From Bacillales bacterium (GTDB taxonomy: Bacteria > Bacillota > Bacilli > Alicyclobacillales > SLC66): a stretch of 64,000 nucleotides of DNA. Of the stretch, positions 7,322 to 17,852 are shown piece after piece; positions within the stretch are counted from its first letter, which is position 1, and the number at the start of each line of letters is the position of its first letter. A program made the position numbers and the translations under genes. The notes under the pieces were generated by a model, which ran no database searches, was not told where the DNA came from, and worked only from the letters and a program-made list of their open reading frames with translations. The stretch lies in assembly GCA_027343965.1 (NCBI GenBank), contig DAHWJX010000085.1:997-64996 (forward strand). The letters are read 5' to 3'.

Positions 7322-9277
7322 TTGCGCATAACTCAATCAAAAGTTCGACGGCGTGTATTTTTCCTTTTGACAGGCGCATTGTGTGCTTTTGCGGTGCTCG
7401 CTGGGCGAGTTGTGCATATTACAACCATTAACTCTAAATTTTATACGCAAAAAGCCGAGCAGACGATTACGCGGAGTATTCCTGTCTATGCTGTACGCGG
7501 TAGTATTCTGGATGATCATGGCAACCCTCTTGTATACACGGCAAGCGCAGCTACGATCATCGCTGTTCCAAGACAAATTCAGGATCCCGCACGGACGGCA
7601 GTTTTACTTTCACGCATCCTTGGTGGATCCGCGCAAAAAATTGAAAGGCTACTTAAAAAGCGCATCTTGATGGTGTATTTGAGGCCGCAGGGAAGACGGC
7701 TTGATGAAACCAAAGCGAGGGCCATTCGCGCGTTGCGCATCCCAGGAATTTACCTCACTGAAGAAGGAAAACGAAGCTATCCATACGGTGACCTTGCCGC
7801 GCAAGTCCTTGGGTTTACGGGCGGCGAAGGGCAAGGCTTAGCTGGCATTGAACTAGCGTATAATAAAGTGTTGACAGGAGAGCCGGGAGCGATCCGTTTT
7901 GTGGCAGATGCGGCCGGTCGCGAAATTCCAGGCAACAATGATAAATACATAGCACCAGTATCGGGACAAAATATTGAATTGACGATCGATCGGCAGATTT
8001 CCCAATTTGTAGACCGTGAAATTCAAAACGTCGTCGCAAAGTATAATCCAGACCATGTGACGATGATTGTGGAACAGCCACAAACAGGGCGAATTCTAGC
8101 GATGGGCAATTATCCATCGTTTAATCCGGCCAATTGGAGAAATGTGCAACCATCCGTTTATAACCGTAATTTGGCCATATGGCAGACGTTTGAGCCAGGC
8201 AGTACTTTTAAGATTGTGACGTTGGCCACTGCATTGCAAGAAAAGCGTGTTGAATTAACGCAACGTTTTTATGATCCTGGATACTATGAGGTGGCGGGGC
8301 ATCGCATCAGGTGTTGGAAAAGCGGCGGACATGGTTCACAGTCCTATCTTAATGTGGTGGAAAATTCATGTAATCCTGGTTTTGTATCATTAGGGGAGCG
8401 ACTTGGGAAAACGACGTTATTTTCGTACATTCGCCAATTTGGTTTTGGTCAAAAGACCGGAATCACGTTACCTGGTGAAGGAAAGGGTATTTTATTTTCG
8501 CCGCAAAAAGTCGGTCCGTTGGAGCTTGCAACAACATCATTTGGGCAAGGCGTGTCAGTAACGCCCATTCAGCAAGTGATGGCTATGGGGACGATCGCTA
8601 ATGGCGGCGAGTTAATGAAACCGGAAATTGTAAAAGCGTATATTGATCCTGTGACCAACCTGGCGGTGCAAACCGTACAGCCACAAGTCGTTCGTCGCGT
8701 GATTTCGACGAGCGTTGCCTATGAAGTACGTTCCGCTTTAGAGAGTGTGGTTGCGCAAGGAACCGGAGCCAATGCTTTTCGGGATGGTTATCGCATTGCA
8801 GGGAAAACGGGTACAGCTCAAGTGGTTGTCAAGGGACACTACTCCAGTCAACATTACATTGTGTCTTTCATTGGCATGGCGCCAGCGAATCATCCGCAGC
8901 TTGTGGCTTATGTTGCTATTGATTATCCGAAACCAAAAAACTCACCGGTGTTTGGCGGAACTATCGCGGCTCCAGTCGTTGGTAACGTCCTTGCTGATAG
9001 TTTGCAGTATTTAGGTGTCACTCCGTCTGTTTCTGGGTTGCCAAAGAAATTTCGGCTTGGCATCGATCCCCAATTGACGACCGTGCCGGATTTTTCACAG
9101 CGCCTTTATAAAGATGCTATTCGCCAGATTATTGAGAGCGGCAGTGTACTCCGAGCAACGGTTGTCAATCAGGGGCCTTACGTCGTGGCGCAGCAACCTG
9201 CACCCGGAATGAAAGTGGAACAAGGCAGTGTTATTCGGTTGTATCTTGGCCCTGAACCCAATTCAACTGCGAAATAA
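7322..9277 (+). CDS. Class B penicillin-binding protein (PBP2B/SpoVD family) with a C-terminal PASTA domain
   Basis: 651 aa. Transpeptidase motifs STFK, SCN and KTGTA; PASTA-like C-terminal segment. dcw position. Confidence 0.9.
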   Translation: MRITQSKVRRRVFFLLTGALCAFAVLAGRVVHITTINSKFYTQKAEQTITRSIPVYAVRGSILDDHGNPLVYTASAATIIAVPRQIQDPARTAVLLSRILGGSAQKIERLLKKRILMVYLRPQGRRLDETKARAIRALRIPGIYLTEEGKRSYPYGDLAAQVLGFTGGEGQGLAGIELAYNKVLTGEPGAIRFVADAAGREIPGNNDKYIAPVSGQNIELTIDRQISQFVDREIQNVVAKYNPDHVTMIVEQPQTGRILAMGNYPSFNPANWRNVQPSVYNRNLAIWQTFEPGSTFKIVTLATALQEKRVELTQRFYDPGYYEVAGHRIRCWKSGGHGSQSYLNVVENSCNPGFVSLGERLGKTTLFSYIRQFGFGQKTGITLPGEGKGILFSPQKVGPLELATTSFGQGVSVTPIQQVMAMGTIANGGELMKPEIVKAYIDPVTNLAVQTVQPQVVRRVISTSVAYEVRSALESVVAQGTGANAFRDGYRIAGKTGTAQVVVKGHYSSQHYIVSFIGMAPANHPQLVAYVAIDYPKPKNSPVFGGTIAAPVVGNVLADSLQYLGVTPSVSGLPKKFRLGIDPQLTTVPDFSQRLYKDAIRQIIESGSVLRATVVNQGPYVVAQQPAPGMKVEQGSVIRLYLGPEPNSTAK

Positions 9278-9295
9278 CGAGGAGGAAACGGTAAG

Positions 9296-10780
9296 ATGAA
9301 GTTACGGGACTTAATAGACGTCATCGTATTGAAAAAAATTCATGGCAACGAGGATGTTGAGGTGTCTGCAATCACGGATGACTCGCGCACCGTCGTTGCG
9401 GGATCGCTTTTTGTTGCTTTATCTGGAGATCACGTGGATGGCCATGATTTTGTCGCGCAAGCTGTTGCGAAAGGTGCGGTCGCTCTCCTCGTTGAACATG
9501 TTGTGGAGTCTCATGTGCCGCAGATCATTGTACCTTCAACACGGCGCGTCGCGCCCATCTTGGCACACCGGTTATTGGGTCAACCTGCAAAGTTGATGAC
9601 GATGATTGGTGTAACAGGAACGAATGGTAAAACAACCACAACGATGCTTATCGAACGCATTTTACAAGAAGCGCATAAGGTTACCGGGCTCATTGGTACG
9701 ATTGAACAGCGAACCAGTGCGCATGTGTTGCGCGAGTCCGGGATGACGACGCCCCAGGCGGTTGACCTTACATATTTGCTTAAAGCGATGCAAGATGAAC
9801 AGGTCGAATACGTGGTCATGGAAACTTCTTCGCATGCTTTGGAGCTTGCGCGTATCGCTGGTATCTCGTATCGAGTCGCCGCCTTTACGAACCTTACACA
9901 AGATCACCTTGATTTTCATAAAACGATGGATGCCTATGGGCGTGCCAAAGGGCACCTTTTCTCGCGACTTGGCAATGATTTTTATCCATTAGCAGATGGT
10001 GGATTGCCTGTGGCCGTACTCAATGCTGATGATCCTTGGAGTGCTGTGTACGAAAAAGACACGGTGCAACAGGTTCTGACGTACGGAATTGACAATGCGG
10101 CGGATGTTTGCGCAAAAAATTTACGCATTAAAGCCCAAGGCGTGCAATTTGTCATGGAGACATTCGCTGGGCACGTTGAGATCGCCCTGCATATGACTGG
10201 GCGTTTTAGTGTGTATAATGCTCTTTGTGCTGCTGCCTGTTCACTTGCTCTTGGGATTGATCTTTTTACGATTAAGCATGCTTTAGAAAACACCCTCGGT
10301 GTGCCTGGAAGGTTTGAACGTGTGGTTGCCGGGCAACCATTTACGATTCTTGTTGATTATTCACACACACCGGATAGTCTTGAAAATGCCTTAACGACCA
10401 TTCGCGAATTTTGCACAGGCAAGGTAATCACTGTTGTTGGTGCGGGAGGCGATCGTGATAAAACAAAACGCCCATTAATGGCACAAATGGCCGTCAGGTA
10501 CAGCGATTTTACGGTGCTTACATCGGATAATCCACGCACGGAAGACCCGGAAAAAATCCTTGATGACATGGAACAAGGTGTTCGTGCCTTCCCTGATAAA
10601 TACACGAGACTCGTATCCCGCACGGATGGTATTCGACATGCAATTTGTATGGCACAAGAAGATGATGTGATCCTAATTGCTGGCAAAGGGCATGAGACGT
10701 ATCAAATCCTAGGCACAATAAAACACGACTATGATGATCGAAAAGTGGCTGCAGCCATCATCAAGGAGAATGTCCTTTGA
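9296..10780 (+). CDS. murE: UDP-N-acetylmuramoyl-L-alanyl-D-glutamate--2,6-diaminopimelate ligase MurE
   Basis: GVTGTNGKTTT P-loop and the DNPR motif typical of meso-DAP-adding MurE. Confidence 0.92.
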   Translation: MKLRDLIDVIVLKKIHGNEDVEVSAITDDSRTVVAGSLFVALSGDHVDGHDFVAQAVAKGAVALLVEHVVESHVPQIIVPSTRRVAPILAHRLLGQPAKLMTMIGVTGTNGKTTTTMLIERILQEAHKVTGLIGTIEQRTSAHVLRESGMTTPQAVDLTYLLKAMQDEQVEYVVMETSSHALELARIAGISYRVAAFTNLTQDHLDFHKTMDAYGRAKGHLFSRLGNDFYPLADGGLPVAVLNADDPWSAVYEKDTVQQVLTYGIDNAADVCAKNLRIKAQGVQFVMETFAGHVEIALHMTGRFSVYNALCAAACSLALGIDLFTIKHALENTLGVPGRFERVVAGQPFTILVDYSHTPDSLENALTTIREFCTGKVITVVGAGGDRDKTKRPLMAQMAVRYSDFTVLTSDNPRTEDPEKILDDMEQGVRAFPDKYTRLVSRTDGIRHAICMAQEDDVILIAGKGHETYQILGTIKHDYDDRKVAAAIIKENVL

Positions 10781-12177
10781 AAGTATCTCTGGATTTTTTG
10801 GCGCACGCTACACAAGGTCAGTTGTTCGGAAATAACACCTTGATCATCAATTTTGTTTCGACCGATACACGCACACTGTGCGAAGGAAGTTTATACATAC
10901 CGCTTATCGGCGAACGATTTGATGGGCATGAGTTTCTTGTTGATGCTTTGCAAAAAGGCGCCAACGCTTTTTTGTGGCAAAAAGATCACGTACTACCTGA
11001 TGAATTTTCGTCTATTCCTTACATTGTCGTAGAAGATACACTCGTTGCATTACAAAATATAGCTCATGCTTATCGGAGATCCTTGCCAGTAAAAGTGGTA
11101 GCAATTACGGGCAGCAATGGCAAAACATCAACCAAAGATATGGTCACAACTGTCCTTGCAACAACGTATCGTACCGCAGCGACAAAGGGTAATTTGAACA
11201 ATCACATTGGGCTCCCTCTATCGATTCTTGCTTGGCCTGACGATATTGATATCGCCATTTTGGAAATGGGCATGAGTTCTTTAGGAGAGATTAAACGGTT
11301 GTGTGAAATCGCAGAACCGGATGTTGGCGTTATAACGAACATCGGTGAGGCACATATCGGGTTGCTCGGATCGCGCGAAGCCATTGCATCTGCCAAATGG
11401 GAGCTCATTGAGGCTTTACCGTCTGATGGACTTGCCGTTTTGCCAGCTAATGAACCGTTGATCACAAGCCGGACCGTGCCAAATACCGTACGGACAATTT
11501 TTGTAGGTGATGGGACGCAATCAGCATTGTATTATACAAACTATCTTCAAAAAAATGATCTATCGTGTCAATTTATCGTTATGCCGGAAGGAGACATCGT
11601 GCACTTATCAGCTCCTGGAAGGCATCAGGCACAAAATGCATTATGTGCGCTTGCAGTCGCCTATGCATTTCAAGTGCCTAAGTACGTAGCCATCGAGGCA
11701 TTACGATCGGTCCAATTGACACAAATGCGCCTTGAAGTTAGTAAAGTTGCAAGTGATTTTACGGTTATTAACGATGCGTACAATGCAGCACCAGCGTCGG
11801 TGTATGCGGCTTTAGATGTATTAAAGGATACGGGTTGTGATCGCTTGATGTTTGTTTTTGGCGATATGCTTGAATTAGGCGAACACGCAAAACACTTTCA
11901 CGAAGAGATTGGTCGTCGTCTTACTTACTACAAGGTGACAGACGTCGTTGCAATCGGCGATATGGCACCTCTTGTTTTACCTTTTTTCATCTCGCAAAAA
12001 AGTCAGTCAAAAGAGGGTTTGCAACTCTCCGTTTCCGATGTAGTCGTTGCCCATGACACGATTTTGGCTGCGATAAAACACTACCGTCAAAGCGGTTTAT
12101 CAGTTGCTGTGCTTATTAAAGGTTCACGGCGGATGCGTCTTGAGCAATTGGCACAACACCTGGTGATGTTGTCTTAG
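10777..12177 (+). CDS. murF: UDP-N-acetylmuramoyl-tripeptide--D-alanyl-D-alanine ligase MurF
   Basis: ITGSNGKTSTKDM P-loop. 4-nt overlap with murE. dcw order. Confidence 0.92.
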   Translation: MKVSLDFLAHATQGQLFGNNTLIINFVSTDTRTLCEGSLYIPLIGERFDGHEFLVDALQKGANAFLWQKDHVLPDEFSSIPYIVVEDTLVALQNIAHAYRRSLPVKVVAITGSNGKTSTKDMVTTVLATTYRTAATKGNLNNHIGLPLSILAWPDDIDIAILEMGMSSLGEIKRLCEIAEPDVGVITNIGEAHIGLLGSREAIASAKWELIEALPSDGLAVLPANEPLITSRTVPNTVRTIFVGDGTQSALYYTNYLQKNDLSCQFIVMPEGDIVHLSAPGRHQAQNALCALAVAYAFQVPKYVAIEALRSVQLTQMRLEVSKVASDFTVINDAYNAAPASVYAALDVLKDTGCDRLMFVFGDMLELGEHAKHFHEEIGRRLTYYKVTDVVAIGDMAPLVLPFFISQKSQSKEGLQLSVSDVVVAHDTILAAIKHYRQSGLSVAVLIKGSRRMRLEQLAQHLVMLS

Positions 12178-12199
12178 ATGATTGATCGGGGGAATCTTC

Positions 12200-13159
12200 A
12201 TGGATGTGCAATCTTTGACGTGGACACTATTGGCCTCTTTTGTGATCGTGGTTCTTCTTGGCCCGATTGCCATTCCATTGCTGCGCCGATTTAAGTTTGG
12301 ACAGGCCATTCGTGCAGAAGGTCCCATGCGCCATCAACAAAAAACGGGCACGCCGACGATGGGCGGTATTATTTTTCTTCTTACTGTCGTCTTTGTATCG
12401 TTGCGTTTTTCAAGTTCACCTACGATGTGGATTTTGCTAGTCGCGACATTAGGTTTTGCCATTATCGGTTTCTTGGATGACGTGCTAAAGATTTTGCGCA
12501 AACGCAATCTTGGCTTAACGGCAAAACAGAAGCTTACGGGTCAAGTGATCGTCGTGATTGCTTTTTTCCTTACGCTTTACTTTCGTGGATGGCATTTTGA
12601 ATTAGCTATACCTTTTATGAATCAATCATTACAACTCGGCATCTTTTATCCGTTATTTCTGGTCATTTTCATGGTGGGGTTCTCGAATGCTGTCAACCTG
12701 ACAGATGGGTTGGACGGACTTGCAGCGGGTACGAGTGCTATAGCTTTTACGGCTTTTGCGTTTATGGCATGGTGGAATAGCCAGTGGAATGTGTCTGTTT
12801 TTTCAATTAGTATGGTTGGCGCCTTATTGGGGTTTTTGGTATATAACCGGCATAAAGCACGAATTTTTATGGGGGATACTGGATCGCTCGGTATCGGTGG
12901 TGCTCTTGCTGCGGTGGCTGTGTTGACACATTCCGAGATTTGGCTTCTTTTGATTGGCTTGATTTTTATTATTGAAACTTTATCGGTCATGATTCAGGTT
13001 ATATCGTTTCAGGCTTTTGGAAGGCGCGTCTTTAAAATGAGTCCAATTCATCATCACTTTGAATTGCTGGGCTGGTCTGAATGGCGTGTGGTACTGTCCT
13101 TTTGGGTGTTTACTGCGCTGTGTTCTGGTTTTGCATTGTACTTGTTTTTAAGGGCATAA
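12200..13159 (+). CDS. mraY: Phospho-N-acetylmuramoyl-pentapeptide transferase MraY
   Basis: ATG 12200 with GGGGGA 8 nt upstream. HQQKTGTPTMGG, NAVNLTDGLDGLA and MGDTGSL motifs. Confidence 0.93.
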   Translation: MDVQSLTWTLLASFVIVVLLGPIAIPLLRRFKFGQAIRAEGPMRHQQKTGTPTMGGIIFLLTVVFVSLRFSSSPTMWILLVATLGFAIIGFLDDVLKILRKRNLGLTAKQKLTGQVIVVIAFFLTLYFRGWHFELAIPFMNQSLQLGIFYPLFLVIFMVGFSNAVNLTDGLDGLAAGTSAIAFTAFAFMAWWNSQWNVSVFSISMVGALLGFLVYNRHKARIFMGDTGSLGIGGALAAVAVLTHSEIWLLLIGLIFIIETLSVMIQVISFQAFGRRVFKMSPIHHHFELLGWSEWRVVLSFWVFTALCSGFALYLFLRA

Positions 13160-13196
13160 ATTAGGGGTGCACAACTCTTTTAAAAGGATGAGAGCG

Positions 13197-14555
13197 ATGA
13201 ATTATAAGGGGAAATCGGTTCTTGTGCTTGGTATGGCACGCAGTGGTGAAGCTGTAGCGAGATTACTTCATCACTTGGGGGCTATCGTGACGGTCAATGA
13301 CGGTTCTGATAGTGAGATACTCCGTCAGCAAGCCGCATTGCTTGAAGGGTTAGGGGTAAAGGTTGTACTTGGAGGTCACCCGCTACGTTTACTTGATGGC
13401 TGCGATCTTATCATCAAGAATCCGGGTATAAAGTATGATCTGCACATTCTCGTCGACGCTCAAACAAGGCACATTCCAATCGTCACTGAAGTGGAAGTTG
13501 CGTACGCTATCACGAATGCACCCATCATTGGGATAACAGGATCAAACGGAAAAACGACGACGACGATGCTTGTCGATGACATGCTGCAACAGGCACAAAT
13601 CGCGCATACTGTAGGAGGCAATATAGGCACGCCGTTATCTGATGTCGTAACTAACTTGAATGATAAAACCTGGGTAGTCACAGAGCTTTCTAGCTTTCAA
13701 CTAAAAGGTACACACACGTTTAGACCTCGCATCGGTGCGCTGATCAATGTGTACCCCACGCATTTGGATTACCATCATACGATGGAGGATTATATAGCTT
13801 CTAAAAAACGATTATTTGTGAATCAAGAACAAAGTGACATTGCCATACTTAATGTGGATCATCCTATCATAGAAGCCTTACAAAGCGATATCAAAGCGAC
13901 GATATGGAAAGTTAGCACACAACACGCGGTTTGTCCAGGCGTTTTTGTTGCCGATGGGAACCTTGTAGCTAGATTGACAGAGGATACCGACCTAGTACCT
14001 ATTCTTGCGGTGCGTGAAATCTTCTTACGAGGCGATCACAACGTCGAAAATGCACTTGTCGCCTCTGCCATCGCCTTATGTGCTGGAGCATCGGTGGACG
14101 CCATCAGAGCCACGTTACGAACCTTTAAAGGTGTGGAGCACCGGTTAGAGTTTGTCCGTGAAGTTAACGGGATCACTTATTTCAATAACTCAAAAGCAAC
14201 GAACCCGCAGGCGACGTTGCGCGCGTTAAAGTCTTTTCACGAACCGATCGTATGTATTCTTGGCGGACTAGAAAGAAATGACGACTTGCAGGTCTTACTA
14301 AAACCTTTGCAAAATCATGTAAAGGCCGTTGTGACGCTAGGAGAATCACGTAAGCGAATGGCTGATTTGGCTACACAAGCCGGCATATCGTCAGTGACGA
14401 TGGTGGATACCATTGAAGATGCTGTTTTACAAGCGACGAAGGAAGCGAAAAAGGGTGATGTCGTGCTCTTAGCACCCGCCGCCGCAAGTTGGGACATGTT
14501 TGCATCCTTTGAAGAGAGAGGACGCATCTTCAAAGAAGCTGTGCATAGATTGTAA
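13197..14555 (+). CDS. murD: UDP-N-acetylmuramoylalanine--D-glutamate ligase MurD
   Basis: ATG 13197 after an AGGATGAGAG RBS. GITGSNGKTTTT P-loop. dcw order. Confidence 0.92.
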   Translation: MNYKGKSVLVLGMARSGEAVARLLHHLGAIVTVNDGSDSEILRQQAALLEGLGVKVVLGGHPLRLLDGCDLIIKNPGIKYDLHILVDAQTRHIPIVTEVEVAYAITNAPIIGITGSNGKTTTTMLVDDMLQQAQIAHTVGGNIGTPLSDVVTNLNDKTWVVTELSSFQLKGTHTFRPRIGALINVYPTHLDYHHTMEDYIASKKRLFVNQEQSDIAILNVDHPIIEALQSDIKATIWKVSTQHAVCPGVFVADGNLVARLTEDTDLVPILAVREIFLRGDHNVENALVASAIALCAGASVDAIRATLRTFKGVEHRLEFVREVNGITYFNNSKATNPQATLRALKSFHEPIVCILGGLERNDDLQVLLKPLQNHVKAVVTLGESRKRMADLATQAGISSVTMVDTIEDAVLQATKEAKKGDVVLLAPAAASWDMFASFEERGRIFKEAVHRL

Positions 14556-14585
14556 CCATGGACAAGTGTTCATGGGGGGACAGCG

Positions 14586-15680
14586 GTGCATACCAAAAGA
14601 GTAGATTTGTGGATTCCGATCACGACGATCTCATTGTTAGTGATCGGTATTTTCATGGTACACAGTGCGAGTACCGTGTTATCATTGCAACGGTTTCATG
14701 ATTCATTTTACTACGTGAAAAGGCAATTGCTGTGGGCTGGTCTTGGCACGGCATTAATGGTTCTGATGAGTCGCGTCGATTATCGCGTTTTTGAACGATA
14801 TGCGCGGCTCATTTTGTTGATATGCATCATTTTTTTGGCACTCGTCTTGATTCCGCATATTGGCCAGGTACGTGGAGGTTCCAGGGCATGGCTAGGAATT
14901 GGAACATTTGGTATCCAACCTTCGGAATTTGCGAAATTTGGTTTGATTATCTTTCTAAGTTGGTTGTTTAGTCGCTTTCCAGATCGTATGCTATCCTTTA
15001 GGCAAGGGTTTTTACCTCCGCTTTTGGTGATGGGTATCGTCGTCGGATTGATTATGCTAGAACCCGATCTTGGCCAAAGTGCTGTCGTTGGTGGAGCTAC
15101 GATGATCATGGTATTTGTCGCAGGAGCACGGATAAGGCATCTGCTTTATCTTGTTTTTGCAGGTCTTGCAGGTTTTGCAGTGATGATTGTGATGGCGCCG
15201 TATCGTCTAGAACGTGTAGTATCCTTTCTTGATCCTTGGAAGTACCCTGACACCATCGGATATCACATTATCATGTCTTTGATTGCCTTAGGTCGCGGTG
15301 CTATTCTAGGTGTGGGTCTTGGTCATAGCACGCAGAAATTCTCCTATTTGCCAGAACCGCAAACTGACTTTATTTTTGCGATCTTAACGGAAGAGTTAGG
15401 CATGATCGGCGCAGTTTTTGTGTTGTTTTTGTTTGCGATAGTTATCTGGCGTGGTTTGCATGCCGCGATGCGTGCGCAAGATCGTTTTGGTATGTACCTT
15501 GCTGCTGGATTGACGGGCATCATCGCTGTTCAGGTTTGTATCAACGTCGGCGTCGTGACGGCGTTGCTTCCCGTGACAGGTATTACGTTGCCGTTTATAA
15601 GCTATGGAGGATCATCCTTGACACTTATGCTGACCGCAGTCGGCATCCTTATGTCCATCTCTTCGCATGCTGATTATTGA
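14586..15680 (+). CDS. ftsW: SEDS-family peptidoglycan glycosyltransferase (FtsW/SpoVE)
   Basis: GTG start after GGGGGG. About 10 TM helices. QPSEFAK and PFISYGGSS motifs. Confidence 0.9.
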   Translation: MHTKRVDLWIPITTISLLVIGIFMVHSASTVLSLQRFHDSFYYVKRQLLWAGLGTALMVLMSRVDYRVFERYARLILLICIIFLALVLIPHIGQVRGGSRAWLGIGTFGIQPSEFAKFGLIIFLSWLFSRFPDRMLSFRQGFLPPLLVMGIVVGLIMLEPDLGQSAVVGGATMIMVFVAGARIRHLLYLVFAGLAGFAVMIVMAPYRLERVVSFLDPWKYPDTIGYHIIMSLIALGRGAILGVGLGHSTQKFSYLPEPQTDFIFAILTEELGMIGAVFVLFLFAIVIWRGLHAAMRAQDRFGMYLAAGLTGIIAVQVCINVGVVTALLPVTGITLPFISYGGSSLTLMLTAVGILMSISSHADY

Positions 15681-15704
15681 ATTTCATTGGGGGTAAACAA
15701 GGCG

Positions 15705-16817
15705 ATGCGTGTTGTCTTAACAGGTGGTGGAACGGGTGGACATATTTACCCGGCATTGGCGATCGCACGCATGTTGCGGGAAAATCATCCTGATGTTCAA
15801 CTATTATACATAGGAACCAAAAAAGGGCTTGAATATGATCTTGTTGCGCGTGAGCAACTTCCGTTCGCTTTTATTGAAGTAGAAGGCTTACGCAGAACAC
15901 TGTCCTTGCATGCGTTGAAGACAGCATGGATGGCATTAACGAGTATCGTGGCTGCATCACGAATTCTGGCGCGGTTTCGCCCAGATGTCGTAATTGGAAC
16001 CGGAGGCTATGTTGTGGTACCGGTAATTGCTGCGGCACACTTTCGTGGCATTCGTACGGGCATTCTCGAATTGGATGCGCATGCTGGGCTTGCCAATCGT
16101 CTGGTGTATCGTTTTGCTGATACGGTGATGCTTGGCATGGAAAATAAATCCAATACATTTGCTAAGGCTAAGCATGTCGTACTTACAGGCAACCCCAGAG
16201 CGTCTGAAGTTGCGTCTTTACCCGTCGACGCAAAAAAACTCTGTCAAGATGAACTTGGACTTAAGCATGGCGTATCCATCGTCACGATTGTGAGTGGTAG
16301 TCGTGGAGCACGTCCCATCAATCAGGCTGTGATGAGTTGGTTAGAGGCGAAATCATTACTGCCGTACCAAGTGGTGTGGATTACCGGACAAGTTCACTAT
16401 GATCACATTATGGAGCGATTTGGAACGGATACGTTATGCGGTGGCATGGTCAAGGTGGTTTCCTTTTACCATAACATGCCTGCCTTATTGGCGATGACGA
16501 GTGTTTTGGTTAGTCGCGCGGGGGCAACGACGTTAGCTGAAGTAACTGCATTGGGGGTACCTTCTATTTTAATTCCATCACCTTATGTGACGCACCATCA
16601 TCAAGATATTAATGCGAGTGTCCTTGTAGATCGTGAAGCGGCTATTGTCCTTGCTGAACAGGATTTGACGCCAAGTAGCCTTGAAAGACAGATTGATGGA
16701 CTCGTCACAAACCCGTTTCGCTTGGAAGCCATGGCTAAGGCCAGTCGCAGTTTAGGCAAAACGGACGCTTTACAACGAATTGATCGAGAAATTCAACGTC
16801 TCGCCGTCATGGCGTGA
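15705..16817 (+). CDS. murG: UDP-N-acetylglucosamine--N-acetylmuramyl-(pentapeptide) pyrophosphoryl-undecaprenol GlcNAc transferase MurG
   Basis: MRVVLTGGGTGGHIYPALA N-terminus. dcw order. Confidence 0.92.
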   Translation: MRVVLTGGGTGGHIYPALAIARMLRENHPDVQLLYIGTKKGLEYDLVAREQLPFAFIEVEGLRRTLSLHALKTAWMALTSIVAASRILARFRPDVVIGTGGYVVVPVIAAAHFRGIRTGILELDAHAGLANRLVYRFADTVMLGMENKSNTFAKAKHVVLTGNPRASEVASLPVDAKKLCQDELGLKHGVSIVTIVSGSRGARPINQAVMSWLEAKSLLPYQVVWITGQVHYDHIMERFGTDTLCGGMVKVVSFYHNMPALLAMTSVLVSRAGATTLAEVTALGVPSILIPSPYVTHHHQDINASVLVDREAAIVLAEQDLTPSSLERQIDGLVTNPFRLEAMAKASRSLGKTDALQRIDREIQRLAVMA

Positions 16818-16927
16818 GGGATGCTTAGGCGCGTGTCACAATGCATCAACGTTACATATGATGTCGTACAGAGCGTGCAGAGCACATCATCACACCATGG
16901 TTTTAAAAGAGGGAGTGCTTTTGTTCC

Positions 16928-17836
16928 ATGGATAGCGATCGATATCGCTCGTTGTTTGATCAAGTGGAAGCCGTGGTTATGTTTGATGAACCGATGGCGC
17001 GACACACGACATGGCGGGTCGGTGGTCCGGCTGATATCTTTGCTGTGCCAACGAATGCATTACAGGTGCAACAACTCATGGCGGTAGCCCGCGACAGTGC
17101 GATTCCGTGGATAGCCATTGGACGTGGTAGCAATATTTTGGTGCAAGATGGTGGTATTCGCGGATTGGTCATTGCTCTTGGCGATGCCTTGTCGGAGTGT
17201 GCCATCGAGGGTAATCTTGTGACGGCTTATGCCGGACGAAGCCTTGTCTCTGTAGCCTACAAAGCCATACGTCAGGGACTATCGGGGCTTGAGTTTGCTA
17301 CAGGGATTCCAGGCAGTATCGGTGGGGCTGTTGCCATGAATGCGGGTGCTCATGGCTGTGAGATCAAAGATGTTCTCACAGCTGTCGATGTGATTAACAG
17401 AGATGGCTTATATTTTACGGTTCCGGCTGACCAGTTGCATTTTGCATATCGTCACAGCGTATTGCGGGAAAATGAATGGCTTGTGATTAAAGCTGTTTTT
17501 TCACTTCGTCCAGGTGATAGTCAAGCAATGCAAGAACGTACCCGGGCGTGGGCAAAACGCAGGCAAAGTACGCAACCACTCTCTTTGCCTAGTTGCGGCA
17601 GTGTGTTTCGCAATCCTGCAGGTGATTATTCGGCGCGCTTGATTGAGGCTTGTGGATTAAAGGGTAAACGCCTAGGTGATGCCCAGGTGTCTGAAAAACA
17701 TGCCAATTTTATTGTGAATCTTGGTCATGCTAAAGCTTCTGATGTGTTAAGTTTACTGGAATTTGTACAACGAACTGTAAAAGAGACTTTTGGCGTGGAG
17801 CTGTTGCCGGAAGTGCGTGTCGTCGGGGAGAAATAG
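16928..17836 (+). CDS. murB: UDP-N-acetylenolpyruvoylglucosamine reductase MurB
   Basis: EPMARHTTWRVGGPAD, GRGSNILV and CGSVFRNP motifs. Confidence 0.92.
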   Translation: MDSDRYRSLFDQVEAVVMFDEPMARHTTWRVGGPADIFAVPTNALQVQQLMAVARDSAIPWIAIGRGSNILVQDGGIRGLVIALGDALSECAIEGNLVTAYAGRSLVSVAYKAIRQGLSGLEFATGIPGSIGGAVAMNAGAHGCEIKDVLTAVDVINRDGLYFTVPADQLHFAYRHSVLRENEWLVIKAVFSLRPGDSQAMQERTRAWAKRRQSTQPLSLPSCGSVFRNPAGDYSARLIEACGLKGKRLGDAQVSEKHANFIVNLGHAKASDVLSLLEFVQRTVKETFGVELLPEVRVVGEK

Positions 17837-17852
17837 CACGGAGGTGACAGAA

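Noticed and set aside
16821-17087. 88-aa ORF in the murG-murB gap overlapping the murB start.
   Set aside because: It is out of frame with murB, whose N-terminus is canonical. It has no RBS and a Cys/Arg/Trp-rich composition.
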